From a virus: a DNA stretch of 39,313 nucleotides. The stretch is taken from the UHGV virus genome UHGV-0159558; one strand, 5' to 3'. The notes beneath the pieces are model-generated. The model saw only the letters and a program-made list of their open reading frames with translations. It did not search any database and was not told where the DNA came from. Positions 1 through 7,873 of the stretch are shown here, piece by piece; within the stretch, counting starts at the first letter, position 1, and each line of letters starts with the position of its first letter. The translations under genes were made by a program, and so were the position numbers.

Positions 1-111
1 ATCTTCTTTGGGTGCTGGTTGTGACACCACAACACCTGTGCAACTGTACATTTTTTTGATTAAGTTGCACAAATCATTAAATGTTAAATCTTCTTTTTCT
101 CTTAGTGTCAT
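1..111 (-). CDS. hypothetical protein, N-terminal part only (gene continues past the left edge of the window)
   Basis: Minus-strand ATG at 111 with TAGGAGG 8 nt upstream; the frame stays open to position 1 (MTLREKEDLTFNDLCNLIKKMYSCTGVVVSQPAPKED...). Confidence 0.4.
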   Translation of the reverse strand, partial: MTLREKEDLTFNDLCNLIKKMYSCTGVVVSQPAPKED

Positions 112-122
112 CTTCGATCCTC

Positions 123-293
123 CTACAATGGGTAATCCATTAATTTTTTACTTGCTGACTTATATGTCAAACAAGTTTGGAAGTAAAATACTATTTTTCC
201 AGTTTCTTTGAAGCCGCATTCTTTAAGCTCTTTGCAACTTCCTTTTAACTCTTTTATAAACTCTTTTTTACTGTAAATTTTTGTTATTTTCAT
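123..293 (-). CDS. small hypothetical protein, 56 aa, below the ORF-track cutoff
   Basis: Minus-strand ATG at 293 follows GAGGGTGAGGAT. The ORF is MKITKIYSKKEFIKELKGSCKELKECGFKETGKIVFYFQTCLTYKSASKKLMDYPL and stops with TAG just before the RBS of the next gene. Confidence 0.4.
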   Translation of the reverse strand: MKITKIYSKKEFIKELKGSCKELKECGFKETGKIVFYFQTCLTYKSASKKLMDYPL

Positions 294-456
294 ATCCTCA
301 CCCTCTTTTTTAATTTCTTATAGCAATTCTAAAAGGTTTTAAAACTGTTATAAGAAATTAATTTTTAACGTTGTAAAAATTTAAAAAGTCACGTCTAGGA
401 TTTTCAACCTACTCTTTTTAGTGGAGCTTACCACCATCGCTGAGCCTTGCTGGTAT

Positions 457-498
457 TGTTTAAAGTCGCATGAAGAGGCATTTAATTGCGACTAGTTT
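457..498 (+). terminator. GC-rich hairpin (AGTCGCA...TGCGACT) followed by a T7 run; terminator-like or small structured RNA
   Basis: A 7-bp stem plus T-run, set in an unusually GC-rich 100-bp patch (395-500) within AT-rich DNA. No convincing plus-strand gene lies upstream. Confidence 0.25.
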
Positions 499-549
499 TT
501 TTAATTTCTTATTATTGCTCTCGATTTAATCAAGAGCAACCATAAAAAA

Positions 550-789
550 TTAATTAAAATCTACAGTTTCTAAAATTGTGAATATTTTTTCGATGTTTTG
601 GACATATTTTGTCACTAAAACATTTTCAAATTTTCCAAAGTTTTTATGAACAACTAGCTTATACTCTTTTTTATCTGAATAAATGCTGTAGTATCTAAAA
701 ATAATCGCTCCGTACTCTTCGTTAATTTTTAATGTGCAACTAGTATTTTTTAAAAGTTGTTCCATGATTTCGTTTTTATTAATTGTCAT
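550..789 (-). CDS. hypothetical protein (79 aa)
   Basis: ORF with an AGGAGG RBS (GATAGGAGGATTTAAAATG) on the minus strand. Confidence 0.5.
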   Translation of the reverse strand: MTINKNEIMEQLLKNTSCTLKINEEYGAIIFRYYSIYSDKKEYKLVVHKNFGKFENVLVTKYVQNIEKIFTILETVDFN

Positions 790-800
790 TTTAAATCCTC

Positions 801-1022
801 CTATCTTCTCTCTCTTATTTTTTCAACTGTTGCGAATATCACTTCCGCAATTGTTAAAGTAAAGCAACAAAATGCTAATAGCAAAGACGTTAATACAGCA
901 AAGTTGTCAACTACTGGAGCTGTTGCGTATAAATACGCACATACCAAGAATATTGCTGTACCTCCAAGGTTATAAAATACTTCTCTTAATCCATTTCCCC
1001 ACATTTCTTTTAAATTTTCCAT
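801..1022 (-). CDS. small membrane protein (73 aa, two predicted TM helices)
   Basis: AGGAGG RBS at correct spacing. Two hydrophobic stretches: GGTAIFLVCAYLYATAPVV and LTSLLLAFCCFTLTIAEVIFA. Confidence 0.5.
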   Translation of the reverse strand: MENLKEMWGNGLREVFYNLGGTAIFLVCAYLYATAPVVDNFAVLTSLLLAFCCFTLTIAEVIFATVEKIRERR

Positions 1023-1126
1023 TTTTAATCCTCCTAAGTTTTTAACTTACTTTATAAGATAAGTTATTATTTAAAAAAAATTGTTTTAAAAGCTTGTATT
1101 TGCTTTTCTTGATTCGATTATATTAT

Positions 1127-1164
1127 CTAGTAAGATAATTGTCAAGAAAAAATTATCTTACTAG
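1127..1164. promoter_or_regulatory. perfect 14-bp inverted repeat CTAGTAAGATAATT-N10-AATTATCTTACTAG; operator candidate in a divergent promoter region
   Basis: Seen directly. Sits between the minus-strand gene 801-1022 and the plus-strand HTH regulator gene at 1253, a typical position for a repressor operator. Confidence 0.55.
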
Positions 1165-1252
1165 GTAAGAAAAAACTTTAAAAATTGTTTTAAATGTAGT
1201 AAAATCAAGGCATAAAAGCGGTTAAAAAATTTTAAAAAAAGGAGTGAAGAAA

Positions 1253-1558
1253 ATGAGAACAGGAATTTTATTAAAAAAATTTTGTGATGAAAAAAACGTT
1301 AAACAAAAAGAATTAGCAGAAGTTGCGGAAGTATCAGAACCTTCGATTAGTAGAGCTATTTCAGGAATTATTTTTTTAAAAAAGAAAAATATGGAATCAA
1401 TAATAAAATATTTAAGACTTTCAAAAGATGAAGAGATGGAATTGTGGAAAGCGTGGACACTTGACAGAGGAGAGACCAAAGCGGCGGCGTACTTTGAAAA
1501 ATTGGACAAAGAAAATAAGAAATTAAAAAAAATATTATCAGCGATAAAAGAACTGTAA
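1253..1558 (+). CDS. XRE-family helix-turn-helix transcriptional regulator (repressor-like)
   Basis: HTH signature KQKELAEVAEVSEPSISRAISG. GGAG RBS 8 nt before ATG 1253 (the ORF track starts at GTG 1244). Confidence 0.6.
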   Translation: MRTGILLKKFCDEKNVKQKELAEVAEVSEPSISRAISGIIFLKKKNMESIIKYLRLSKDEEMELWKAWTLDRGETKAAAYFEKLDKENKKLKKILSAIKEL

Positions 1559-1570
1559 CGAGAGGTAAAA

Positions 1571-2284
1571 ATGGAACTAGGGTTATTATTATTAGGGTTA
1601 GCGGTTTTCTTAGTTACTCCAGCAGGGCAAATAATAGGAGGAGCTATATTATTACTGATAGTTCTTATTGTGAATATAATAAATTTCTTCAAATCTAAAA
1701 AAGAAAAAACAGAAACAAAGAAAAAAACAAATGAAAAAATAAAAATAAACTGGGAAGAATTGGAAGAAAAAAACATTCAAAGAGTAAAAGAAAAAAATAA
1801 AATGGTAAATACTTTGACAGATGAAAAGATACAAGAAATTGAAAATATAACAGAAGAAAAAGGAAAAATTGATAAAAAAGATGTTGAAGAGGTAACAGAA
1901 TATTTTTTTAAACATGCAATATATAAAAATTTCTGTATAGAATTAAAAGAATATATTTTAAAAAGGAAAATCGAAAGAAAAATTATAGATGACGAAGATG
2001 AGGACAAAAGTTTTTTTGACATCAATATCTTTTTTGACAATAGATGTGATGATGAAGCAAGAATAAAAAGGTTTTTAACTCAAAAAGGAATTTTAAAAAG
2101 TGTAGAAGAAATAAAGAGACGTGAAAAATATATTTTTTATACTACAGAAAATTTATATATAACACTAGAAATGATTTATATAGAAAATAAAAAAATGGAA
2201 AAAATAAAAATATTTTTAGAAGAAAATAACATTTCATTTGAAGAACTTTATTATAGCAAATTAAATAAAAAAATATATTTTTAA
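1571..2284 (+). CDS. membrane-anchored Lys/Glu-rich protein (two N-terminal TM helices); superinfection-exclusion candidate
   Basis: N-terminus LGLLLLGLAVFLVTPAGQIIGGAILLLIVLIVNIINFF followed by a long charged region. Lies immediately after the repressor-like gene. Confidence 0.45.
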   Translation: MELGLLLLGLAVFLVTPAGQIIGGAILLLIVLIVNIINFFKSKKEKTETKKKTNEKIKINWEELEEKNIQRVKEKNKMVNTLTDEKIQEIENITEEKGKIDKKDVEEVTEYFFKHAIYKNFCIELKEYILKRKIERKIIDDEDEDKSFFDINIFFDNRCDDEARIKRFLTQKGILKSVEEIKRREKYIFYTTENLYITLEMIYIENKKMEKIKIFLEENNISFEELYYSKLNKKIYF

Positions 2285-2310
2285 ACCCTTGGTAATTCAA
2301 GGGTTTTTTA
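2283..2310 (+). terminator. intrinsic terminator (AACCCTTG-GTAATT-CAAGGGTT + T-run)
   Basis: Perfect 8-bp stem followed by TTTTTT, directly after the stop of 1571-2284. Confidence 0.7.
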
Positions 2311-2339
2311 ATATTTGGAAAAATATTTTAAAAAAAGTG

Positions 2340-2397
2340 TTGACAAAAAACGGAACGTATAGTATAACATAATCAACAGAACAACACGGAACGTATA
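2340..2397 (+). promoter_or_regulatory. sigma70-like promoter (TTGACA-17-TATAAC) overlapped and followed by a direct repeat CGGAACGTATA (2351-2361 and 2387-2397)
   Basis: -35 TTGACA at 2340-2345, 17-nt spacer, -10 TATAAC at 2363-2368. An 11-bp direct repeat lies in the spacer and 36 bp downstream. Confidence 0.5.
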
Positions 2398-2499
2398 CAA
2401 GCACAAGAGAAGAAATTAAAATATTATTATACAGGTACTGTTGAGGCTAACAACTGCAAAAAGTCCAATTGAATATAAAAAAACTAGGAGGTAAATTTT

Positions 2500-2676
2500 A
2501 TGAAAAAAGTTGAAAAAATGGAGGCACTTTTAAGCAATTATCTAGATAGAGCGGTATGGCTAGTTAAAAAAAATGGTGGGTATATAGTGCAAGATATTGC
2601 AACTGGAAACTTCGAGGACAAATATTTTTTTAAAAACCTAGCAGAAGTCGAAGAGTTTACACAAATGGACAAATGA
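2500..2676 (+). CDS. small hypothetical protein (58 aa)
   Basis: AGGAGG RBS 8 nt upstream of ATG 2500. The TGA stop at 2674-2676 overlaps a downstream ATG (ATGA coupling). Confidence 0.5.
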   Translation: MKKVEKMEALLSNYLDRAVWLVKKNGGYIVQDIATGNFEDKYFFKNLAEVEEFTQMDK

Positions 2677-2838
2677 ACAAAAATAAATAAAGTTACCCTT
2701 TCAAAAAGCGGAAAGGGTAACACCACTGCAAAAATTTCAGTTCCTTTGCAGTGGTTGCAAGATTTGGGAGTTGATGAAAACAACAAAAATATTAAACTTA
2801 CCAAAAAAAGAGGTCAAATCATAATAGAAAAAGAATAA
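2673..2838 (+). pseudogene. AbrB/MazE/SpoVT-type swapped-hairpin DNA-binding domain ORF interrupted by a frameshift or stop in an A-rich tract
   Basis: Frame 2677-2835 encodes KVTLSKSGKGNTTAKISVPLQWLQDLGVDENNKNIKLTKKRGQIIIEKE, which fits the AbrB/MazE looped-hinge pattern h-x-h-P-x3-h-x2-LGh...I. It has no in-frame start. ATG 2673 is coupled to the upstream stop but reads MNKNK then TAA; a +1 shift in AAAAATAAATAAAG would fuse the two. Confidence 0.4.
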
Positions 2839-2876
2839 ACTATAAAATAATATTTTTATAGTACTTTCAACTTGCA

Positions 2877-2907
2877 GAGGATAAAAAAATTTATCCTCTT
2901 TTTTTAT
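2877..2907 (+). terminator. intrinsic terminator (GAGGATAAA-AAAA-TTTATCCTC + T9)
   Basis: 9-bp perfect stem and a T-run after the AbrB-like ORF. Confidence 0.7.
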
Positions 2908-3059
2908 TGTCTAATTCTAATAAAAATATCTATCATTTATAGACATAAAAAAATAAAAGTTGAAATAAAATAAAAAAAATGGTATTAATGAATTAAGTTG
3001 TTTTATAAAGCAAGAATTAACTTTTAAAACAATTTAACGGTTAAAAAAAGGGTGATATA

Positions 3060-3284
3060 GTGGATAAAATAGACAAATTAAATCAAAAAATTTGTAAAAA
3101 AATAAAAAAAGAAATGAAAAAGAAAAACATCACACAAAAAAACATGGCTGATAAAATAGGAACGACAGCCCCTTATTTTTGTAGGTGCTTAAAGTCCTTG
3201 GAAGAGGGCAAAAGCATATTGACAGAAACAATTTTTAAAATTGCTGGAGCTTTAGAAATAGAGCCGGCGGAATTATTCAAATAA
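3060..3284 (+). CDS. Cro/CI-type (XRE) helix-turn-helix DNA-binding protein
   Basis: HTH signature ITQKNMADKIGTTAPYFCRCLKS...KSILTETIFKIAGALEIEPAELF. GTG start with AAGGGTG RBS. Confidence 0.55.
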   Translation: MDKIDKLNQKICKKIKKEMKKKNITQKNMADKIGTTAPYFCRCLKSLEEGKSILTETIFKIAGALEIEPAELFK

Positions 3285-3348
3285 TAACGCCCAAGGGCTT
3301 TATTATATATATAATAATCTCTCCTAGGTTATTTATATTAATTTTTCA

Positions 3349-3594
3349 CCAGCATTGCTGGGATTCCTACCCAAAATATTTTATTATATTTTTTCCCCTC
3401 ACACGAGGGGAAACCCCAATAATACTATTTTTTAGTAGTATTATTTAATAATACAATATATTATTTTGTATTACTTTTAAGTAATATATTTTAATGTGTG
3501 TAATACTTTAGGTATTAACGTAAATGTTAATATATATTTTCATATTTTAAACCTCACTAGTTTCTTATTTTATACCCCAGTTTCAAAGCTGGGG
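3349..3594. promoter_or_regulatory. cluster of perfect hairpins in a 780-bp non-coding region; candidate rolling-circle double-strand origin for the downstream Rep_trans gene
   Basis: Hairpins seen: CCAGCA-T-TGCTGG (3349-3361); CCCCTC-ACAC-GAGGGG (3395-3410); AATAATACTA-N8-TAGTATTATT (3418-3445); CCCCAG-TTTCAAAG-CTGGGG (3575-3594). GC-rich stems in AT-rich DNA. Confidence 0.45.
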
Positions 3595-3652
3595 TAAAAA
3601 TAAAAACAGGTAATAAAAATGTTTTTTTGTACCTTGAAATTCTAAACATTTT

Positions 3653-3747
3653 CGGATTTTCAAGGGTCAAAAAAACAATAAAATTACAACGGATTTGAAA
3701 CAAATATTTTCAAGAGTCGTTATTTTTAAAGGATTTTCAAGATTTCC
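3653..3747. repeat. iteron-like direct repeats of ATTTTCAAG (3656, 3706, 3733), with an inverted copy at 3642-3650 and a related GGATTTGAAAC at 3691
   Basis: Seen directly: CGGATTTTCAAGGGTC, ATATTTTCAAGAGTCG and GGATTTTCAAGATTTCC within 100 bp. Confidence 0.5.
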
Positions 3748-3821
3748 AAAAAACGACACTTGTCAAGTAAATATATAAGGGTACAACATTACTTTCAAAA
3801 AGTCAATAGAATTTTATATAT

Positions 3822-3839
3822 AAATTACAACTGAATAGA
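3822..3839 (+). promoter_or_regulatory. 18-mer AAATTACAACTGAATAGA, repeated at 9902-9919, each directly 5' of an intrinsic terminator
   Basis: Exact 18-nt identity at two loci. Chance is unlikely, but base composition is skewed. Confidence 0.4.
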
Positions 3840-3849
3840 AATTAGCAGC

Positions 3850-3877
3850 ACAAGGAATTTATAAGCCTTGTTTTTTT
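3850..3877 (+). terminator. intrinsic terminator (ACAAGG-N10-CCTTGT + T7)
   Basis: 6-bp stem plus T-run. Confidence 0.5.
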
Positions 3878-3924
3878 ATAACAATTTTTCAGACAACTAA
3901 ATATAAAACTGTATTTCTTGTTAG

Positions 3925-3955
3925 TCACATAAATTAAAAACTTGTGTGACTGATT
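3925..3955. promoter_or_regulatory. inverted repeat AGTCACA-N15-TGTGACT upstream of the Rep_trans gene
   Basis: Seen directly; 7-bp arms. Confidence 0.3.
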
Positions 3956-4069
3956 GGAAACACACGTAAATGATAAAAACAAGGAGGGTTTAAAATCGTT
4001 GACAATGGCACATTTATATATACAAGTCGTGACATAGATATCACGCAGGCGGCAGCAAATGCGCAGGCA

Positions 4070-5077
4070 TTGACTGGAATGTCTGGAACTGTAGAAAACA
4101 ATAAACTTGTATTTAAAAACTTCAATGTAGATAAATATGAGTTTATCAACTTTATCTCAATTTCAGAATACCGCAGTAATTGCCGTGTCTGTGTAGCTTT
4201 TAGTTACTCCAGATACGAGAATGAAGACAACTACAAATTAGCAGAGCGTCAAAGAACAATAAACGACGTTCATGCGGCAGTAGTTAGAATCTTTAGAAGT
4301 ATAACAGGGCTAGCCTTAACCAGTAACGACCTTGAAGTTCTGGCACTTGACATATCTAATCAACTTGAAGTTGAGAACATAAGAAACTATTATAATGTTC
4401 TTAATCTCATATATAGAGCATATAAACAGATAAACCCTAACGGGCGTTTGTACTTTGATACAGATAAGGAGCAGAGGCTAGAGCTTGACGGGCTAGACTT
4501 TAGAGAAGCTGGAAAGAAAAGGCGAGAGGCGAACGCATATTTTAAGATTTATAGCAAGAGAAAAGAGATTGAAGACACCAAGGGAGCGGCAAAAGCAAGA
4601 GGAAAGCGGCAGGCGTTACGTGGTGAACTCACTTTAAAGGGTGCAATGTTAAAAAAATATGACTTGCACATCGTGGGAAATATTCAAAAACTAGCACTTG
4701 AAAGAGTTTTAAAATGCGTGCTGGGAGAGATAATCCTTGACGGAATCAATAAAGAGCTTGAATTTAATAGATCTAAGCTTTTGCAAGAATACAAGCTCGC
4801 AGGTAGTAAGAAGTTGCAGGAAGTAACTTTAATGAATCTTCAATACATCTTTGATATTGATATTCTTGATGATGTGCTTACTTGTGAGAATTTTAATATC
4901 TCACGTAGTACGCTAGGTTATCACAAGAAAAATATAAAAGAGCTTTTAAAAGCAACAGAAACTAAAAGCGAGATAAAAAGAGTATTTTCAAAGAACTTTG
5001 AGAGACTAGCAAAGTTATTAAAAAAGATAGTCAAGGTTGATGTAAAAGTGGAGAAAGGGGCGATAAAATGGCAATAA
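4070..5077 (+). CDS. Rep_trans-family rolling-circle replication initiator (pT181 RepC/RepD-like)
   Basis: Motif ANAYFKIYSKRKEIED...LRGELTLKGAMLKKY aligns with the pT181 RepC active-site region ARIYNKKQERKD...WRVEIELKRDMVDYW (catalytic Tyr). HTH-like C-terminus. Start is uncertain: TTG 4070 or ATG 4079, with no strong RBS. Confidence 0.6.
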   Translation: MTGMSGTVENNKLVFKNFNVDKYEFINFISISEYRSNCRVCVAFSYSRYENEDNYKLAERQRTINDVHAAVVRIFRSITGLALTSNDLEVLALDISNQLEVENIRNYYNVLNLIYRAYKQINPNGRLYFDTDKEQRLELDGLDFREAGKKRREANAYFKIYSKRKEIEDTKGAAKARGKRQALRGELTLKGAMLKKYDLHIVGNIQKLALERVLKCVLGEIILDGINKELEFNRSKLLQEYKLAGSKKLQEVTLMNLQYIFDIDILDDVLTCENFNISRSTLGYHKKNIKELLKATETKSEIKRVFSKNFERLAKLLKKIVKVDVKVEKGAIKWQ

Positions 5078-5589
5078 GTAAAAAGAAAAAGCAAGCATTT
5101 GCACAAGCTTTTATGATTTGCAAGAATGGAAGAGAAGCCCTCGAAGCTGCGGGAATTGACTTTGATATTAAAACTATGCAGTCACTTTTATTAGATAAAG
5201 AGCTAGCAGAGTACATAGATAATAACCTTGCAACTGTTCAATATATGCTAGGTAGAGACAAGAGCGGACATCTTGCAAAGCTAGAAAAACTATTCGACCA
5301 AGCGGCAGGGTATGAAGATTCTAAGATAGTAAACTTTGACAAAGTAGGGAGATACACCGAAAAAATAGGAAAGTTTACAGATTTCAAAGCGGCGGCGGCA
5401 CTATCAAAAAGAATTGGAGAGCTTCAAGATTGGGAGACAACAGGGGGAGACAATGAAATTATTGTTGACCTTAAAATCGGCGATAACCTGTTCAAATCCG
5501 ATGAAGAGGCTATTGAAAAAGCTAACAGTGATAGTGTGGCACGTGATGAAAGGGTGCTTAATCATTTAAAATCAGAGGGGGTGTTGTAA
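5068..5589 (+). CDS. terS: terminase small subunit (Terminase_2/P27-like)
   Basis: N-terminus KKQAFAQAFMICKNGREALEAAGIDF...MQSLLLDKELAEYI resembles the SPP1-type TerS HTH region (KQEKFV.EY..LNATQAAIRAGYS...). GGGG RBS. Lies upstream of the portal gene. Confidence 0.55.
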   Translation: MAISKKKKQAFAQAFMICKNGREALEAAGIDFDIKTMQSLLLDKELAEYIDNNLATVQYMLGRDKSGHLAKLEKLFDQAAGYEDSKIVNFDKVGRYTEKIGKFTDFKAAAALSKRIGELQDWETTGGDNEIIVDLKIGDNLFKSDEEAIEKANSDSVARDERVLNHLKSEGVL

Positions 5590-6072
5590 TTGCTTGAAAT
5601 GCTGACAAAAGATAAAAGAGAAAACTTTTATAAAATACTTGAAGATAAAATTAAATCTAACCCTGAGAGGTACAAGTTTTTCGCCGCTGGAGCTAAAAAG
5701 ATGAGAGATAATCCAGTTTTTAACAAGGTTGAGTTTTTATCAAAAGTAGGCAACGAAGTTATTGGAGAGGTTGGATATATACATGACATCATCAATGACA
5801 AGATTGTTAATATAGAATTAGCATGTTTTAAAGACAACAGCCCAACTTTTATTAAAGATTTGCTTTTATTCTTTGAACTTTTAGACAGTACGTATTTGAA
5901 TTTTGAACTTGAAATTATGATACATTCCCCAGCTTATAAATTAGCGTGTAGAGCTTTTGAAAAGTATGGTTTTAAATACATAGGTTTAAAACGTAGTTCG
6001 TTAAAACTCTTAAATGGTAAAAGATATGATGTTGCTATATGGGAAAAAAAGCAAAAGGAAGGTGATTTATAA
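5590..6072 (+). CDS. GNAT-family N-acetyltransferase-like protein
   Basis: GNAT-like motif arrangement: IGEVGYIHD...NIELACF...MIHSPAYKLACRAFEKYGFKYIGLKR...NGKRYDVAIWEK. True start may be ATG 5599. Confidence 0.45.
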   Translation: MLEMLTKDKRENFYKILEDKIKSNPERYKFFAAGAKKMRDNPVFNKVEFLSKVGNEVIGEVGYIHDIINDKIVNIELACFKDNSPTFIKDLLLFFELLDSTYLNFELEIMIHSPAYKLACRAFEKYGFKYIGLKRSSLKLLNGKRYDVAIWEKKQKEGDL

Positions 6073-6312
6073 ATGGGAAAAGACAACTTCTTCACAAATA
6101 CCTTTGATGCTGTTTGGGGTACTGATGTTTCAGGACAAAAAAAGAAAGCTAAGAGAAAAGAAAGAGAAATGCAAAAGCAAATTGAAGCACAGCAAAAAGA
6201 GCAGCAAAAAGAAAAAGAGAAGCAACAAAAAACAACCCAAAGCTTTTACGAGAGTATGAGACAGGGAAACCTTGGACTTTTAGCAGCTAAAGATAAGCAA
6301 ACAATAGGTTAA
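6073..6312 (+). CDS. small Lys/Gln-rich basic protein
   Basis: ORF in the packaging/head operon. Composition is KKKAKRKEREMQKQIEAQQKEQQKEKEKQQK. Confidence 0.4.
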   Translation: MGKDNFFTNTFDAVWGTDVSGQKKKAKRKEREMQKQIEAQQKEQQKEKEKQQKTTQSFYESMRQGNLGLLAAKDKQTIG

Positions 6313-6322
6313 GGGGGTATAA

Positions 6323-7873
6323 ATGCAAATAGATGGAAACTCACTAAACCTGTTAAAATGGAGATTTGACGAGGCTAAGCAGTGCAGAAATGATATTTTA
6401 CCGCTATATCAAAAAGCTTACGAGAATTTCACAGTTGAGGGAATGAAACTGAATAACATAGACTCAACAGGGGTTAAATATGCGTCAAAGCTAGCTAATA
6501 AGCTATCATCATATATTATGAACTCCAATTATATTTGGGCGTACATAGAGACCCCAAGATATGAAAAAATACCAAAAGAGGATAAAGTCCAATTTGACTA
6601 TATTACCGAGGTTGTATTCGACCACATTCAAAAAGAATCTAACTTTGAGTTAGAAAAAATCAAGCTTCTCAGAGATTACTTAATAGGTACAACAGCCTTT
6701 AAAGTGAGATATACAGGAGATGTTAAAAACCCTGTTTTAATTGAGCATTGTCCAATTCTAAGCGTTTATCTAGCTAAAAATAGAGCTGGAAGAACAGGAG
6801 ATGTATTTTACAAAAGGGAAAAAGTAAAAAAGCACGAGCTTATTGACTTGTTCGGAGAAGAGGTATTATCAAATGAATTTGTCGATAAACTTACAGAACA
6901 AGACCAGTTTGAGCTAATAGAGGCAACAATTTATGACTATTCTAAGAAATTGTTTATATATGCTGTGTCTTTGGATGAGAGTTTTAATCAGATAGTAAAG
7001 TACGAGGAAACGGATTACAATCCGTGGGTAGTTGCTAGATTTGAATCTATGAGTGACAGTCCGTATGGGATGGGACCTGACACAAAAGCAGTCTTGACGC
7101 TGGAAGAACTCCAAAAGATAAAAAAAAGAATATCTAAAATTGGAGAACACCAAGCGAACCCAAGTTATACGGCGTGGACGGCAGAACCTAAATATATAGC
7201 CCAGTCAAGACTAAATACTCCAGGTAAAATATCAATCCTGGGAACAAATAAAGGTCAAACTCAAATCGAACCTTTTAACAGGGGAGAGGGTACAGATATT
7301 AAATTCTTTGAGATGGAAGAGTACAAATCAACACTTGTTGACCTGTTCTATATAAACCTTATAGAAAATATATCTAGTGTGGACCAGTTAAAAAATGTTA
7401 CAGCAACCACAACACAAGCTCTTGTCACTGAATTATCAAGACAAATAGAGCCTACATATTCACTAATGCAAAAGGAAATGCTTGAACCAATAGTTATGAA
7501 AGTGTTCTATTGCTTAACAAAAGCGAACTACTTTGACCTTACTCAGATATCAATTTTAAAAGAAGACCCTAGAATTAAAATAAGATTCTACAATGCTTTA
7601 ACCATTGCTCAAGAGCAAGACGACCAGGAAAGAGCTAACATGTACTTCCAAACAATAGCGTCAGTGCTTGGTGGAATGGTTGCGGCTAATAACGTCAATG
7701 CAGTTGAATTTATAGACGCCGCCCAAAAGAGATTTAGAGTTAAAGCAAAAGAGTTTAAATCAGGGGAAGAAACTGAAAAACAAACTGAGCAAACTATAAA
7801 TCAAATGTCACAAGAGCAAGGGGATATTGCTATGCAAGCGCAAGTCGAAAATAAGGGAGTGATAGGACAATGA
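6323..7873 (+). CDS. portal (head-to-tail connector) protein
   Basis: 516 aa, with GGGGG RBS. Sits between terS and the scaffold/capsid genes. Acidic, helical C-terminus. Loose resemblance to podovirus connector proteins. Confidence 0.55.
   Translation: MQIDGNSLNLLKWRFDEAKQCRNDILPLYQKAYENFTVEGMKLNNIDSTGVKYASKLANKLSSYIMNSNYIWAYIETPRYEKIPKEDKVQFDYITEVVFDHIQKESNFELEKIKLLRDYLIGTTAFKVRYTGDVKNPVLIEHCPILSVYLAKNRAGRTGDVFYKREKVKKHELIDLFGEEVLSNEFVDKLTEQDQFELIEATIYDYSKKLFIYAVSLDESFNQIVKYEETDYNPWVVARFESMSDSPYGMGPDTKAVLTLEELQKIKKRISKIGEHQANPSYTAWTAEPKYIAQSRLNTPGKISILGTNKGQTQIEPFNRGEGTDIKFFEMEEYKSTLVDLFYINLIENISSVDQLKNVTATTTQALVTELSRQIEPTYSLMQKEMLEPIVMKVFYCLTKANYFDLTQISILKEDPRIKIRFYNALTIAQEQDDQERANMYFQTIASVLGGMVAANNVNAVEFIDAAQKRFRVKAKEFKSGEETEKQTEQTINQMSQEQGDIAMQAQVENKGVIGQ

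Noticed and set aside
8-211. 67-aa plus-strand ORF at the window start
   Set aside because: No RBS. It overlaps two minus-strand genes that have AGGAGG-type RBSs.
395-500. Possible tRNA or tmRNA remnant (GC-rich patch containing TGGAGC / CACCA-like strings)
   Set aside because: No T-loop (GGTTCGAxTCC) or cloverleaf could be built on either strand. Kept only as a hairpin or terminator-like element.
757-975. 72-aa plus-strand ORF
   Set aside because: Antisense to the two well-supported minus-strand genes. No RBS.
1222-2040. Minus-strand ORFs 1222-1776, 1652-1915 and 1777-2040 (Phe/Ile/Ser-rich)
   Set aside because: Low-complexity antisense frames of AT-rich plus-strand genes. No RBS. The plus-strand genes have clear RBSs and recognisable motifs.
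2674-2676. TGA recoded as an amino acid (alternative genetic code or selenocysteine)
   Set aside because: TGA clearly functions as a stop elsewhere, for example at the portal end 7871-7873 and at 10636-10638. No SECIS-like structure is evident. A frameshift or indel explains the locus more simply.
2538-2804. 88-aa minus-strand ORF
   Set aside because: Antisense to the coupled small-ORF and AbrB-like pair. No RBS.
3934-4149. 71-aa minus-strand ORF
   Set aside because: Overlaps the Rep_trans start region. No RBS.
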